Shown here: positions 1-8,229 of the stretch, in pieces
Layout: every line of letters begins with the position of its first letter
Position numbering within the stretch: position 1 is the stretch's first letter
Source of the DNA: Myxococcota bacterium
GTDB taxonomy: Bacteria > Myxococcota_A > UBA9160 > UBA4427
Direction of reading: 5' to 3'
Length of the DNA stretch: 18,216 bases
NCBI GenBank assembly: GCA_036336835.1
Contig: JAYZFK010000056.1
Coordinates: forward strand, 1 to 18,216
The notes under the pieces: model-generated
What the model saw: the letters and a program-made list of their open reading frames with translations, nothing else
Databases searched by the model: none
What the model was told of the DNA's origin: nothing
Program-made: the position numbers and the translations under genes

Positions 1-236
1 CGGGCGATCCGGCGCGTCGCAAAGTAGCCGGACAGCACGAGAATGCCGGCGCCAGACAGCACGCCGATCACGGTCGCCGTCGCAAACCCGCGCTCGGCCA
101 GACTGGGCAGCGCGAAGGTGTGCACCAGGTAGGCCAGCAGCAGGACCGGCACGACCGCACCGACGAAGTAGCTCGCGAACAAGGCGCGATCGAGCTTCTG
201 GTGAAAGAGCGATTGCAGTCCCGAGCTGTCGCGCAT
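1..236 (-). CDS. N-terminal fragment of a membrane protein with two predicted TM helices; runs off the window's left edge
   Basis: Not in the ORF track because it has no stop in the window. Manual translation from ATG at 236: [90 protein letters not shown]-like sequence lies just upstream on the - strand. Function cannot be assigned. Confidence 0.65.
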   Translation of the reverse strand, partial: MRDSSGLQSLFHQKLDRALFASYFVGAVVPVLLLAYLVHTFALPSLAERGFATATVIGVLSGAGILVLSGYFATRRIA

Positions 237-396
237 TGCTTCCCCCGGCTCAGTCGGCAGACCGCGCTTCCGGGCGGTCCGACCGGCAAATGGACCTGCA
301 GGTCTGCATCGGCTCAGCGAAGCTCGGACTGCAGTTGGAGCGGATCCGGGGGATACTCGGGGTGGCCGATTCCAGCCTGAACGGAATCTTCCGGAT

Positions 397-424
397 GGAA
401 CGAATCGGGCGGCCCGGTATCGAA
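397..424 (+). promoter_or_regulatory. Candidate ECF (sigmaE-type) promoter for msrPQ
   Basis: GGAAC (397-401), 18-nt spacer, TCGAA (420-424). This matches the GGAAC-N18-TCnAA geometry of RpoE-type promoters and ends 36 nt before the msrP GTG. Motif match only. Confidence 0.35.
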
Positions 425-460
425 GCAGTTGATGCCCCGAGCGCCGAGGAGCGAGCAGGT

Positions 461-1462
461 GTGTTGATCCACCGACGACCCCAGATCGCCACGAGCGAGG
501 TCACCGACCGCGCGCTGTACCTGCGTCGGCGCGAGTTCCTGCGCCGCTCCGCGGCCGGGATGGCGCTGCTCGGGGCCGGCGCGGCCAGCTGTTTCGAGAG
601 CGAGCGCGCCGATGCCGCCCTGGCGTCGGCGGACAGCACAGGAGCAAAGCCGCGCCGCTTGAAAGGGCTCGAGGGTCTCGCACCGGCCCGTCCTCCCTTC
701 ACGGTAGACGAGGAGCTGACCCCTCGGCGCGACGCTATCCGCTACAACAACTTCTACGAGTTCGGCACGGACAAGTCCGACCCGGTTCGCAACGCCGCCG
801 GCTTCCGGACCGCGCCCTGGTCGGTCGCGATCGAGGGGGAGGTCGGCAAGCCCGGGACGATCGGGCTCGAGGACCTGCTCGCGCCCCACACGCTCGAGGA
901 GCGAATCTATCGCCTGCGCTGCGTCGAGGCCTGGTCGATGGTCATCCCGTGGGTCGGTATTCCGCTCGGCGCCGTGCTCGAGCGCTTCGAGCCGACCTCG
1001 AAGGCGAAGTACGTCGCCTTCGAGACACTGCTCGACCGCGAGCAGATGCCCGGTCAGCGGCGCCGGGTGCTCGACTGGCCCTACCGCGAGGGCCTGCGGA
1101 TCGACGAGGCGATGCACCCGCTCGCGATCCTGGCGGTGGGCATGTACGGCGAGGTGCTCCCGAACCAGAACGGCGCGCCGCTGCGGCTCGTGGTGCCGTG
1201 GAAGTACGGCTTCAAGAGCATCAAGTCGATCGTGCGCATCCGTTTGCAGGAGCGCGAGCCCTATACGAGCTGGAGCGCGTCGGCACCGCGAGAGTACGGG
1301 TTCTACGCGAACGTGAATCCCGAGGTCGACCACCCGCGCTGGAGCCAGGCGCGCGAGCGACGCATCGGCGACCTGCGCAAACGCGACACCCTCCCGTTCA
1401 ACGGCTACGGCGACATGGTCGCGAGCCTGTACACCGGGATGGACCTGCGCCGGAGCTTCTGA
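461..1462 (+). CDS. msrP: Protein-methionine-sulfoxide reductase catalytic subunit MsrP (YedY), molybdopterin enzyme with Tat signal
   Basis: Typical N-terminus (M)[23 protein letters not shown] (twin-arginine), plus [23 protein letters not shown] (Mo-ligand Cys), [23 protein letters not shown] and [19 protein letters not shown]. Start moved from 236 to the in-frame GTG at 461, which follows GAGGAG. Confidence 0.96.
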   Translation: MLIHRRPQIATSEVTDRALYLRRREFLRRSAAGMALLGAGAASCFESERADAALASADSTGAKPRRLKGLEGLAPARPPFTVDEELTPRRDAIRYNNFYEFGTDKSDPVRNAAGFRTAPWSVAIEGEVGKPGTIGLEDLLAPHTLEERIYRLRCVEAWSMVIPWVGIPLGAVLERFEPTSKAKYVAFETLLDREQMPGQRRRVLDWPYREGLRIDEAMHPLAILAVGMYGEVLPNQNGAPLRLVVPWKYGFKSIKSIVRIRLQEREPYTSWSASAPREYGFYANVNPEVDHPRWSQARERRIGDLRKRDTLPFNGYGDMVASLYTGMDLRRSF

Positions 1463-1464
1463 TC

Positions 1465-2085
1465 GTGGCCGCCAGCAACGCCACGCGTCGGCGCGCTGTG
1501 CGCTCCGCAGCGCTGATCGCCGGTCTCGCGCCGGCCGTCGGATTGCTGCTGCGCGCGCTGCTGGACCGACTGGGTGCAGACCCGGTCGAGGAGATTACCC
1601 ACGAGACGGGAGAGTGGGCGCTGCGCTTCCTGATCCTGACACTTGCGGTGACGCCGGCTCGGCGCCTCCTCGGCTGGAGCTGGCTCGCCCCCGAGCGCCG
1701 CACCTTCGGCCTGGTCGCCTTCGGCTATGCGAGCCTGCACTTCGCGACCTACCTGCTGCTGGATCTCGAGCTCGACTTCTCGGTGCTGGCCGAAGACATC
1801 CTCGAGCGCCCCTACATCACCGCCGGCTTTGCAGGCTTCGCTGCGCTGGTCCCGCTGGCCGTCACCTCCACCCGGGCCTCGATGAAGCGACTGGGGGCCC
1901 GCTGGATCAGGATCCACCGGCTGGTCTTCGTCGCCGCTGCCGCCGCCTGCCTCCACTTCCTCTGGGGAGTCAAGGCAGATCTCCTCGAACCCGCCATCTA
2001 CACCGGCATTGTCGCGACCCTGGTCGCTACCCGCCTGAGGCACCTCCCGGGACGATCGAGCATCGACTCTGACCCTGCGCGGTGA
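1465..2085 (+). CDS. msrQ: Protein-methionine-sulfoxide reductase heme-binding membrane subunit MsrQ (YedZ)
   Basis: C-terminal part of ORF 949..2085: LGADPVEEITHETGEWAL..L.LTLAVTP, RRTFGL.AF.YA.LH, RPYITAG, PLAVTS, LG.RW..IHRLV and LHFLW. In-frame GTG 2 nt after the msrP stop. Confidence 0.94.
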   Translation: MAASNATRRRAVRSAALIAGLAPAVGLLLRALLDRLGADPVEEITHETGEWALRFLILTLAVTPARRLLGWSWLAPERRTFGLVAFGYASLHFATYLLLDLELDFSVLAEDILERPYITAGFAGFAALVPLAVTSTRASMKRLGARWIRIHRLVFVAAAAACLHFLWGVKADLLEPAIYTGIVATLVATRLRHLPGRSSIDSDPAR

Positions 2086-2148
2086 CACCGAGCCGTCGCA
2101 CAGCAGGGCGCTTGCTCCTCCTGCAACCCCGAGCGACCCTACCCGACC

Positions 2149-3387
2149 ATGTCTGATCCTCTGAAACCGGCCGGGGAGCCGAACACGACCGCGCCAACCG
2201 ATCGGGCAGCCACGCGGTACCGCAATTCCGATGACGTGGAGGTCGTCGAGATCGACGGGCGCGAATTCGTGATCGTCGGAACCGCTCACATCTCGCGGGA
2301 ATCGGTCGAGCTCGTACGCGAAGTCATCGAGAACGAAACCCCCGACTGCGTCTGCCTCGAGCTCGATGCCCAGCGTCACGAGGCGCTGTCGTCCGAGGAC
2401 CGCTGGAAGCAGCTCGATCTGCGCGAGGTCATCCGCAAGCGCCAACTCGCCACATTGCTCGTGAACCTGCTACTGGCGTCCTATCAGAAGCGCCTCGGCG
2501 GCCAGCTCGGCATGATGCCCGGCAGCGAGCTGCTCGAGGCCAGCCGAGTTGCCAGCGAGAACGGCATCCCGATCTCGTTCTGCGATCGCGACATCCGCGT
2601 GACACTGCGCCGCGCCTGGAGTTCGCTGTCGTGGTGGCGGAAGCTCGAGCTCAGCTCGACCGTGCTCGCAAGCGCGTTCGATCGCACCGAGCTGTCGGAA
2701 GAAGATCTGCGCAACATCCGCCGCAAGGACGTGCTCAACGAGATGATGAGCGAGCTCGGCAAGAGCATGCCGACGCTCAAGCAGGTACTGATCGACGAAC
2801 GCGACGCCTACCTGGCGCAGCGCATCCGCGAAGCCGATGGTGACCGGATCGTCGCCGTGGTCGGCGCGGGCCACGTCACCGGCATGCGCGCCGCACTGGC
2901 TCGCGGCACCGATGTCGATATCGCCGAGTTCGACCAGATCCCGCCGGTCTCTCCCGTCTTGAAATGGGTCGGCTGGGGGATCCCCGCCCTGATCGTCGGC
3001 GCGCTCGTCACGATCGGCGCCACCAAGGGCCCGGCGGCCATGGGCGAGAACGCCCTCTACTGGCTCGTTGCCAACTCGGTGCCGACCGCCCTCGGCGGCC
3101 TCGCCGCCCTCGGCCATCCGCTCACCATCGCGATCGGGGGCCTGGCGGCGCCGTTCACCAGCCTGACGCCGGTGATCGGCGCAGGTTATGTCGCGGCCTT
3201 CGTCCAGACCTGGGTAGCGCCGCCGCTCGTGCACGAGTTCGAGACCGTGGGTGACGATATCGCCCACCTGAGCCGCTGGTGGCGCAGCCGCCTGCTGAAG
3301 ATCTTCCTGGTGTTCGTGCTCACGACCCTCGGCAGTCTGCTCGGCACCGGATTGGGCGGAGTCGAAATCGTCTCCAACCTCTTTTGA
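2149..3387 (+). CDS. TraB/PrgY/GumN (pheromone-shutdown, TIKI superfamily) protein with C-terminal membrane domain
   Basis: VGTAHISRES, PDCVCLELD, PGSE, DRDIRVTLRRAW, LIDERD.Y and VAVVGAGHV motifs, followed by a hydrophobic C-terminus containing APFTSLTPVIGAG. Confidence 0.9.
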   Translation: MSDPLKPAGEPNTTAPTDRAATRYRNSDDVEVVEIDGREFVIVGTAHISRESVELVREVIENETPDCVCLELDAQRHEALSSEDRWKQLDLREVIRKRQLATLLVNLLLASYQKRLGGQLGMMPGSELLEASRVASENGIPISFCDRDIRVTLRRAWSSLSWWRKLELSSTVLASAFDRTELSEEDLRNIRRKDVLNEMMSELGKSMPTLKQVLIDERDAYLAQRIREADGDRIVAVVGAGHVTGMRAALARGTDVDIAEFDQIPPVSPVLKWVGWGIPALIVGALVTIGATKGPAAMGENALYWLVANSVPTALGGLAALGHPLTIAIGGLAAPFTSLTPVIGAGYVAAFVQTWVAPPLVHEFETVGDDIAHLSRWWRSRLLKIFLVFVLTTLGSLLGTGLGGVEIVSNLF

Positions 3388-3391
3388 CCGG

Positions 3392-3411
3392 GTCGCCGCC
3401 GCAGCGGCGAC
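3392..3411 (+). terminator. GC-rich hairpin after the TraB-family gene (no U-tract)
   Basis: GTCGCCGC-cgca-GCGGCGAC, an 8-bp perfect stem starting 4 nt after the stop. Terminator function is uncertain. Confidence 0.35.
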
Positions 3412-3424
3412 ACCGATTCCGGCG

Positions 3425-3430
3425 TAAATT
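3425..3430 (+). promoter_or_regulatory. -10 element (TAAATT) of a putative leaderless promoter for the antiporter gene
   Basis: TAAATT, 6 nt, then ATG at 3437; no SD sequence in between. Confidence 0.55.
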
Positions 3431-3436
3431 CGGCGC

Positions 3437-5134
3437 ATGGCCGGCCTGACCAGCCTGGAACACGCGAGCCCCCTGCTCGTGCTGGCGATCGTGATCGGTG
3501 TCGGCGTCGCGTTCGGCGCCGCGACGCGTCGGATCGGGCTGCCCGGTGTCACGGGCCAGATCCTCGGCGGACTGGTCATCGGCCGCAGCGGCCTCGATCT
3601 GTTCGGTGAGGCGCTGCTGCAGTCGCTGCAGCCGCTGACGCACCTCGCGCTCGGCTTGATCGCCGTCACGGTGGGCGCGCACCTGAACGTCCGGCGACTG
3701 CGCAACGCCGGTCGCCGCTTGTTCTACCTGCTGCTCACGGAGTCGACGATCACACCGTTTGTCGTGTTCGCCGTGCTGCGCTTGCTGGGCGGTGCTTCGT
3801 TCGAGCTGTCGCTGCTGCTCGCGGCGATCTCGATCGCAACCGCTCCCGCGACCGTCATCGCAGTGGTGCGCGAGACCCGCTCGAAGGGCGTCTTCGTCAA
3901 GACGCTGCTCGCCTCCGTCGCACTCAACAACTTCGCGTGCATCATGCTGTTCGAGCTCGCACGCGCGGTCGCAGCCGAGGGCGTTGGGTCGGGCCAGGCG
4001 GTCGACCTGACCGGCCCGCTGCGGCAGATCGGTCTGGCGGTGCTGGTCGGTGCCGTGATCGCGATCGCAATGGACTTTGCGGCGCGCGTCGCGCTGCGCC
4101 CGGACCGACTCGCCACCGCGGCCATCGCGTCGCTGCTGCTCGCCTGCGGCCTGGCGACGGCGCTGGGCGTGTCACCGCTGCTCACCTGCCTCGTCCTCGG
4201 CCTGGTACAGACGAACATCGCGCGCGAACGCAGCCACCTGGTCGACTCGGTCTTCGCAAACTTCGAGCCGGCAATCCTCGCGGTCTTCTTCACGCTGGCC
4301 GGCATGCACCTCTCGCTCGACCACCTGTGGCTGGCCGGCCTGGTCGCCACACTGCTGTTCGCGGCCCGCATCGCCGGCAAGCTGATGGCCGCGCGGCTCG
4401 CGTTGCGGCTCGCGGGCGCCACCGAGCGCGTCAAGCGCAACCTGGGGCTCGCTCTGACGCCTCAGGCCGGCGTGGCGGTTGGCCTGGTGATCCTGATCCA
4501 GGGGGATGCGCGGTTCACCGACCTCTCGAGCCTGTTCGCTGCGGTCGTGCTCGCCGTGGTGACGCTCAACGAGATCTCCGGGCCGGTGATGACGCGCATT
4601 GCGCTGTCGCGAGCGGGCGAGGTCGGGCGCGATCGCCTGCGCCTGATCGATTTCCTGCAGGAGGAGCACATCGTCACCGACTTCCGCGCCGATTCGAAGC
4701 AGGCGGCAATCGAGCGGCTCGTCGACCTGATGCTGAGCACCCACTCGTTGTCGGGGCTCACCCGAGCCCAGCTGCTCGAGTCGGTGCTCGAGCGTGAGCG
4801 TCAGACCACGACCTGTCTCGGCGGCGGGCTGTCGGTGCCGCACGGCATCCTGCCCGATGGCCTGCCGATGGCGGGCGTGATGGCCATCTCGCGCGAAGGG
4901 CTCGACCTACCGACGCCCGACGGACGGCCCGTCCACTGCATGGTGCTGCTCGGCACGTCGAGCGAGGAGCGCGACCGCCACCTGCTAGTGCTTGCGAGCC
5001 TCGCCAGGGCGATCGGTTCCGACCCCGCCTTCCAGGACCAGCTCTTCAACGCGAGCAGCCCCGCGCACGCCTGCGAGCTCCTCCACGGTGAGGAGAGCGA
5101 GGACTTCAACTACTTCCTCGAAGAGGCAACCTGA
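3437..5134 (+). CDS. Cation:proton antiporter (CPA / Na_H_Exchanger family) fused to a C-terminal PTS EIIA (Fru/Mtl/Ntr-type) domain
   Basis: About 400 aa of multi-TM sequence with [40 protein letters not shown] and NEISGP. Then a soluble domain with [10 protein letters not shown] and [20 protein letters not shown] (EIIA phospho-His motif), then DGRPVH and H..VLASLAR. Confidence 0.88.
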   Translation: MAGLTSLEHASPLLVLAIVIGVGVAFGAATRRIGLPGVTGQILGGLVIGRSGLDLFGEALLQSLQPLTHLALGLIAVTVGAHLNVRRLRNAGRRLFYLLLTESTITPFVVFAVLRLLGGASFELSLLLAAISIATAPATVIAVVRETRSKGVFVKTLLASVALNNFACIMLFELARAVAAEGVGSGQAVDLTGPLRQIGLAVLVGAVIAIAMDFAARVALRPDRLATAAIASLLLACGLATALGVSPLLTCLVLGLVQTNIARERSHLVDSVFANFEPAILAVFFTLAGMHLSLDHLWLAGLVATLLFAARIAGKLMAARLALRLAGATERVKRNLGLALTPQAGVAVGLVILIQGDARFTDLSSLFAAVVLAVVTLNEISGPVMTRIALSRAGEVGRDRLRLIDFLQEEHIVTDFRADSKQAAIERLVDLMLSTHSLSGLTRAQLLESVLERERQTTTCLGGGLSVPHGILPDGLPMAGVMAISREGLDLPTPDGRPVHCMVLLGTSSEERDRHLLVLASLARAIGSDPAFQDQLFNASSPAHACELLHGEESEDFNYFLEEAT

Positions 5135-5144
5135 TCTCGCGCAG

Positions 5145-5153
5145 TGCTAGCGT
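5145..5153 (+). promoter_or_regulatory. Extended -10 element (TGcTAGCGT) of a putative leaderless promoter for thyA-folA
   Basis: TG-c-TAGCGT, 7 nt, then ATG at 5161; no SD sequence. Confidence 0.5.
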
Positions 5154-5160
5154 TCGCCCG

Positions 5161-5958
5161 ATGCGCGCATATCTCGATCTACTAGAGCAGGTGCTCGAGC
5201 AGGGGGTCGCAAAGGACGACCGCACCGGCACCGGGACGCGCTCGCTGTTCGGACACCAGCTGCGTTTCGATCTCGCGCACGGCTTTCCGCTGCTGACGAC
5301 CAAGAAGCTCCACACCAAATCGATCCTGCACGAGCTGTTGTGGTTCATCCGCGGCGAGACGAACGTACAGCCGCTTCGCGACGTCGGGGTATCGATCTGG
5401 GACGAGTGGGCGGATCAGGAGACCGGCGAGCTCGGGCCGATCTACGGTCGCCAATGGCGCGCGTGGCCGGCGCCGGACGGCGAAACGATCGATCAGCTGG
5501 CGCGGGTGCTCGACGAGATCCGCAGCAACCCCAGCTCGCGTCGCCTGCTGGTCAGCGCGTGGAACGTCGCCGATCTGCCGAGGATGGCGCTCGCCCCCTG
5601 CCACGTGATGTTCCAGTTCTACGTCGCCGAGGGCCGCCTATCGTGTCAGCTCTACCAGCGTAGTGCCGACCTGTTCCTCGGCGTGCCCTTCAACATCGCC
5701 TCCTACGCGCTGCTCACCATGCTGGTCGCACAGGTGTGCGATCTGCGGGCGGGCGACTTCGTCCACACCTTCGGTGACGTACACCTGTACTCGAACCACC
5801 TCGAGCAGGCGCGCGAGCAGCTCGCGCGTACGCCGCGTCCGCTGCCGCGAATGCACCTCGATCCGTCCGTGAAATCGCTGTTCGACTTCCGACACGAGCA
5901 CTTTCGCCTCGACGGCTACGATCCGCACCCGCACATCGCTGCGCCTATCGCTGTGTGA
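5161..5958 (+). CDS. thyA: Thymidylate synthase
   Basis: [43 protein letters not shown] (catalytic Cys), [19 protein letters not shown] and GDVHLY.NH. Confidence 0.98.
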   Translation: MRAYLDLLEQVLEQGVAKDDRTGTGTRSLFGHQLRFDLAHGFPLLTTKKLHTKSILHELLWFIRGETNVQPLRDVGVSIWDEWADQETGELGPIYGRQWRAWPAPDGETIDQLARVLDEIRSNPSSRRLLVSAWNVADLPRMALAPCHVMFQFYVAEGRLSCQLYQRSADLFLGVPFNIASYALLTMLVAQVCDLRAGDFVHTFGDVHLYSNHLEQAREQLARTPRPLPRMHLDPSVKSLFDFRHEHFRLDGYDPHPHIAAPIAV

Positions 5959-5962
5959 GCCC

Positions 5963-6457
5963 ATGCGCCCCCTGGCCCTGGTCGCGGCGGTCGCGCGCAA
6001 TGGTGTGATCGGAAGAGACGGCGACCTGCCCTGGCGCCTGCCAGACGAGCTGAAGCACTTCAAGGCGACGACGCTCGGCCACTGCCTGATTCTCGGCCGC
6101 AGAACCTGGGAGTCGCTCCCAGGCGCGCTGCCCGAACGCACGGTGATCGTGGTGACGCGCAACCGAGCCTACCGAGCGGAGGGCGCGCTGCTGGCCGATG
6201 GTCTCGAGACGGCCTTGCTGCTCGCCGACGAGCAGGGCGACGACGAGCCGCGCGTCGCAGGAGGCGCCGAGCTGTATGCCCAGGCGCTGCCCCAGGCAAC
6301 TCGGCTGTGGCTCACGCGTGTCCACGCGGACGTCGAGGGCGATGTGCGGTTCCCCAACTGGGACGAGTCGTCCTGGCAGCTCGCGCACTCGCGCGATCAT
6401 ACAGCCGACGAACGTCACGCTTACGCGTTCACGATCGAGGAGTGGCGGCGCCGCTGA
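5963..6457 (+). CDS. folA: Dihydrofolate reductase
   Basis: AVARNGVIG.DGDLPWRLPDELKHFK, GRRTWESL, LP.R..IVVTR, GGAELY and GDVRFP. Starts 4 nt downstream of thyA. Confidence 0.95.
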   Translation: MRPLALVAAVARNGVIGRDGDLPWRLPDELKHFKATTLGHCLILGRRTWESLPGALPERTVIVVTRNRAYRAEGALLADGLETALLLADEQGDDEPRVAGGAELYAQALPQATRLWLTRVHADVEGDVRFPNWDESSWQLAHSRDHTADERHAYAFTIEEWRRR

Positions 6458-6528
6458 GCGCGTCGAGCGCGAGAGTGCGCAGAGGCTGCTCCAGGCCACG
6501 CTCGGCGAGCAATGAGTCGCACGCGCCG

Positions 6529-6534
6529 TATCCT
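6529..6534 (+). promoter_or_regulatory. -10 element (TATCCT) of a putative leaderless promoter for hslO
   Basis: TATCCT, 6 nt, then ATG at 6541. Confidence 0.5.
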
Positions 6535-6540
6535 TGGTGG

Positions 6541-7437
6541 ATGGCGAGCGGCGGCGATGCGGCATCAGACGTCCTGGTTCGGGCGGTCAGCGAGGACGGC
6601 TCCGTCAGCCTGATGGTCCTGACCGCGACCGAGCTGGTGCGCGAAGCGGTCGCGATCCGCCCGACTTCCGCGACCGCGGCAGGAGCGCTCGGCCGCGCGC
6701 TCATGGGCGCGCTGCTGATGGCGGCGAGCAAGAAGAGCGGCGAAACGATCCAGATCCAGCTGCGCGGCAAGGGGCCGCTCGGTACGGTGACGGCGATCGC
6801 CGACGCCCAGCTCCACGCTCGCGGCACGCTCACCCACCGCGAGGCCAATGTAAGACCCCGCGAAGACGGCCGTCCGGACGTCTCGCAAGGTGTCGGTCGC
6901 GGCGTGCTCGGCGTCGTGCGCCACCACCCGAGCTGGCGAGAGCCCTACTCGGGATTCGTACCGATGACGCTGCGCGATATCGCCAAGGATCTGACCCGCT
7001 ATCTGATGGAGAGCGAGCAGGCTCCCTCGGCGCTCGGGCTGTCGATCGAGCACGCTGACGACGGCGGCGTGGGCGCGGCCGCGGCATTCCTGGCGCAGGC
7101 GCTACCCGGCTCCGACGACGCGACGCTCGCCGAGATCGAGGCCAACGTGAAGGCGCTGCCGCGCGCGGCGACACTGGTGCTGGGAGACCGCAACGACGCC
7201 GACCGTCTGCTAGAGCTGCTCGCCGGCAGCATCGGCTTGGGCGAGCGAAGTCGAGCCGTTCCCCGATTCCACTGCCCCTGCGACCGCGCGCGAGCAGCAC
7301 GCGCACTGCGCATGCTCGAATCGGATGAGCTGCGCGAGCTGATCGCCAGCGGCCAGGGGCAGGAGGTCGAGTGCCAGTTCTGCGGCCGGGCCTACCAGCT
7401 CGAGCCAGACGAGCTGTCGCGTCTCGTCGGCAGCTGA
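6541..7437 (+). CDS. hslO: Hsp33 redox-regulated molecular chaperone
   Basis: DVLVRA, ALGRALMGALLM, G.GPLG.V.A.A, EPYSG.V, IA.DL..YL.ESEQ.PSALGL, and the C-terminal zinc motif FHCPC...EVECQFCG..Y. Start moved from 6307 to the in-frame ATG at 6541. Confidence 0.93.
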   Translation: MASGGDAASDVLVRAVSEDGSVSLMVLTATELVREAVAIRPTSATAAGALGRALMGALLMAASKKSGETIQIQLRGKGPLGTVTAIADAQLHARGTLTHREANVRPREDGRPDVSQGVGRGVLGVVRHHPSWREPYSGFVPMTLRDIAKDLTRYLMESEQAPSALGLSIEHADDGGVGAAAAFLAQALPGSDDATLAEIEANVKALPRAATLVLGDRNDADRLLELLAGSIGLGERSRAVPRFHCPCDRARAARALRMLESDELRELIASGQGQEVECQFCGRAYQLEPDELSRLVGS

Positions 7438-7531
7438 CGCTATTCGAGGAGAATCTTTCACACCGCGACGGCGCGGTGAGCCTGCGGGGCGCTACGATCG
7501 ACCGTCCAATCCGTGGAGGGGGAATCCAGTC

Positions 7532-8059
7532 ATGGAAGCGGTCCCGCAGGTCACGACCAAAGAGCAAGAGCCGAGTGCACCTGGCATCGCGCCGGGACCC
7601 ACTCCCGAGCCCGAGCTGGAGGCCGCGGAGAGCCCGGTGGATGCGCCTGCGAGCGCGGCCAAGCCGACGCTGCCCGTCCCGGTCAGCGAGCCCAGACCGC
7701 GGCGTTCGTTGTGGCGACGGCTGACACGGCGGCAAGAGCCTCGCACCAGCGAGCCGACCGGCTTCCAGGAGCTGGTGAAATCGCGGCTCGACGGCATCAC
7801 GCTGCGGCTCGAATCTTTCGAGCACGGTCTCGCGCGCAGCGATGCGCGGCTCGCAACGGGTTTCTCCCTGCTCGAGCGCATCGAGGAACGCCTGCAGGAG
7901 CTCGCCGATGTCGGGGAGCGGGTGGATCAGGCCCGCGAGGCGGCCCAGCGAGCGGCCGAGGCCTCCGCCAGCGCGGCCCGCACCGCCCGTCGGGCGAGTG
8001 TCGTCGCGGCTGCTGCGGTGGTGATCGCGCTGACGGCGCTCGTCGTCCGTCTCGGGTGA
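7532..8059 (+). CDS. Hypothetical protein: Pro/Glu-rich N-terminus, predicted coiled coil, single C-terminal TM anchor
   Basis: GGAGGGGG RBS-like sequence upstream; fills the hslO-ahcY gap; ends in VVAAAAVVIALTALVVRLG. No family recognised. Confidence 0.7.
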   Translation: MEAVPQVTTKEQEPSAPGIAPGPTPEPELEAAESPVDAPASAAKPTLPVPVSEPRPRRSLWRRLTRRQEPRTSEPTGFQELVKSRLDGITLRLESFEHGLARSDARLATGFSLLERIEERLQELADVGERVDQAREAAQRAAEASASAARTARRASVVAAAAVVIALTALVVRLG

Positions 8060-8112
8060 TGGCGATCGGAGGCACGATCGGCTCGCTACGCGCTCCTGCC
8101 CCCCGGGAGTCG

Positions 8113-8142
8113 TTGACAAGCGAGGGTGCAAATGATTAAATT
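8113..8142 (+). promoter_or_regulatory. Sigma70-type promoter of ahcY
   Basis: Perfect TTGACA (8113-8118) followed by TTAAAT (17-nt spacer, preceded by TGn) or TAAATT (18-nt spacer), in an unusually AT-rich patch. Confidence 0.7.
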
Positions 8143-8143
8143 A

Positions 8144-8165
8144 CTGTATCCGAATATACAGATGT
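8144..8165. promoter_or_regulatory. Palindromic operator overlapping the predicted ahcY transcription start (SahR/ArsR-like candidate)
   Basis: CTGTAT-N6-ATACAG (8144-8161) overlaps gtATC-N10-GATgt (8146-8165), immediately downstream of the -10 box. Confidence 0.5.
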
Positions 8166-8229
8166 ATCGGCGGGCTACCGATGCAGGCACCACACCCGCC
8201 CTCGCCCGCCACATCGCTGGAGAAATGCC

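Noticed and set aside
949..1464. Long N-terminal extension of MsrQ suggesting a frameshifted msrP-msrQ fusion
   Set aside because: MsrP is complete in its own frame, and MsrQ homology begins only after the GTG at 1465; no slippery site is needed.
2149..3387. 'TraB' as evidence of a conjugative element
   Set aside because: This is the TraB/PrgY/GumN family common on chromosomes. There is no relaxase, T4SS, integrase or att-like repeat in the window.
5161..6457. thyA-folA as an acquired trimethoprim-resistance cassette
   Set aside because: This is a common chromosomal pairing with base composition like its neighbours and no attC site, integron or IS ends.
8144..8161. Possible LexA (SOS) box CTGT...ACAG
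   Set aside because: The spacing is CTG-N12-CAG rather than the CTG-N10-CAG of the E. coli-type SOS box, and ahcY is not a typical SOS gene.
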